64,000 bases of DNA. Origin: Eledone cirrhosa. Taxonomy: Eukaryota. Below the pieces are notes generated by a model. That model had not been told where the DNA came from, did not search any database, and saw only the letters and a program-made list of their open reading frames with translations. The position numbers were made by a program, and so were the translations under genes. This document shows positions 63,501-64,000 of the stretch, piece by piece. How positions within the stretch are numbered: the stretch's first letter is position 1; the number at the start of each line of letters is the position of its first letter. The stretch lies in contig OZ024748.1 of the NCBI GenBank assembly GCA_964016885.1, positions 42,222,001 through 42,286,000 on the forward strand. Reading direction: 5' to 3'.

Positions 63501-64000
63501 TGTACTCGGTGGAACATGAGACCATACATAAGTGAGACAATAGATCCCTGGCCTTTCTTGGAGATCAGTAACTCCACTTCAGTACTGACTTGGTCTATGA
63601 GGCCCTCTCCAAACCTTGCTAACAGGGAAAGCGGACGTTAAAATCTCCATACTGACATGGATTCTCTTGGTTATCCTTCCTAATGCCAACCACTTTACAG
63701 TGTATTTTATTGTGGCACCAACACTAGGGAGGTTGCCATACATGTGTGTATGACAATGTCAGAGTATACTCATGTTAAACAGTGGTGAGATAATTTGAAG
63801 CTTTTCACATCAAATGTTAACGTAGGTATTCGATAAACAAATACCAGACAGAGGATAGAGTGGGGTTAAAAATCACATCAAGGCAGTGCCCCAGCATGGT
63901 CAAAGTGTCCAGTGATTGAAACCAGTAAAAGAGTAATGGAAGAAAAGAATCTAACCCTTTAGCATTTACATTACTCTATATATACTATTGTATTTTCACA

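Overview
AT-rich, repeat-dense eukaryotic DNA. The SINE/LINE content and microsatellite load suggest an octopus-like cephalopod (inference). Two convergent multi-exon genes are present. The + strand carries 13 coding exons of an ecdysoneless (ECD) homologue (1398-31022; 5' exons lie upstream). The - strand carries the last 8 coding exons of a TRPM-family channel (63151-40404; S1-S6, TRP box, coiled coil, no C-terminal enzyme domain seen). Introns hold tRNA-derived SINEs, RTE and CRE-like LINE fragments, piggyBac/mariner/pogo-like MITEs, a Helitron-like element and many minisatellites. The most unusual signal is that several ECD minisatellites are amplified copies of the gene's own intron-exon junctions, including about 30 stop-containing decoy acceptors in front of one exon. 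Also notable: satellites derived from LINE coding sequence and MITE ends, a probable GC-AG intron in TRPM, a Helitron-like element abutting the TRPM stop codon, hammerhead-like motifs, and nested inverted repeats in a TRPM intron. Most entries in the ORF track are repeat artefacts. Exon boundaries were read by eye from splice signals and reading frame; repeat boundaries and copy numbers are approximate.
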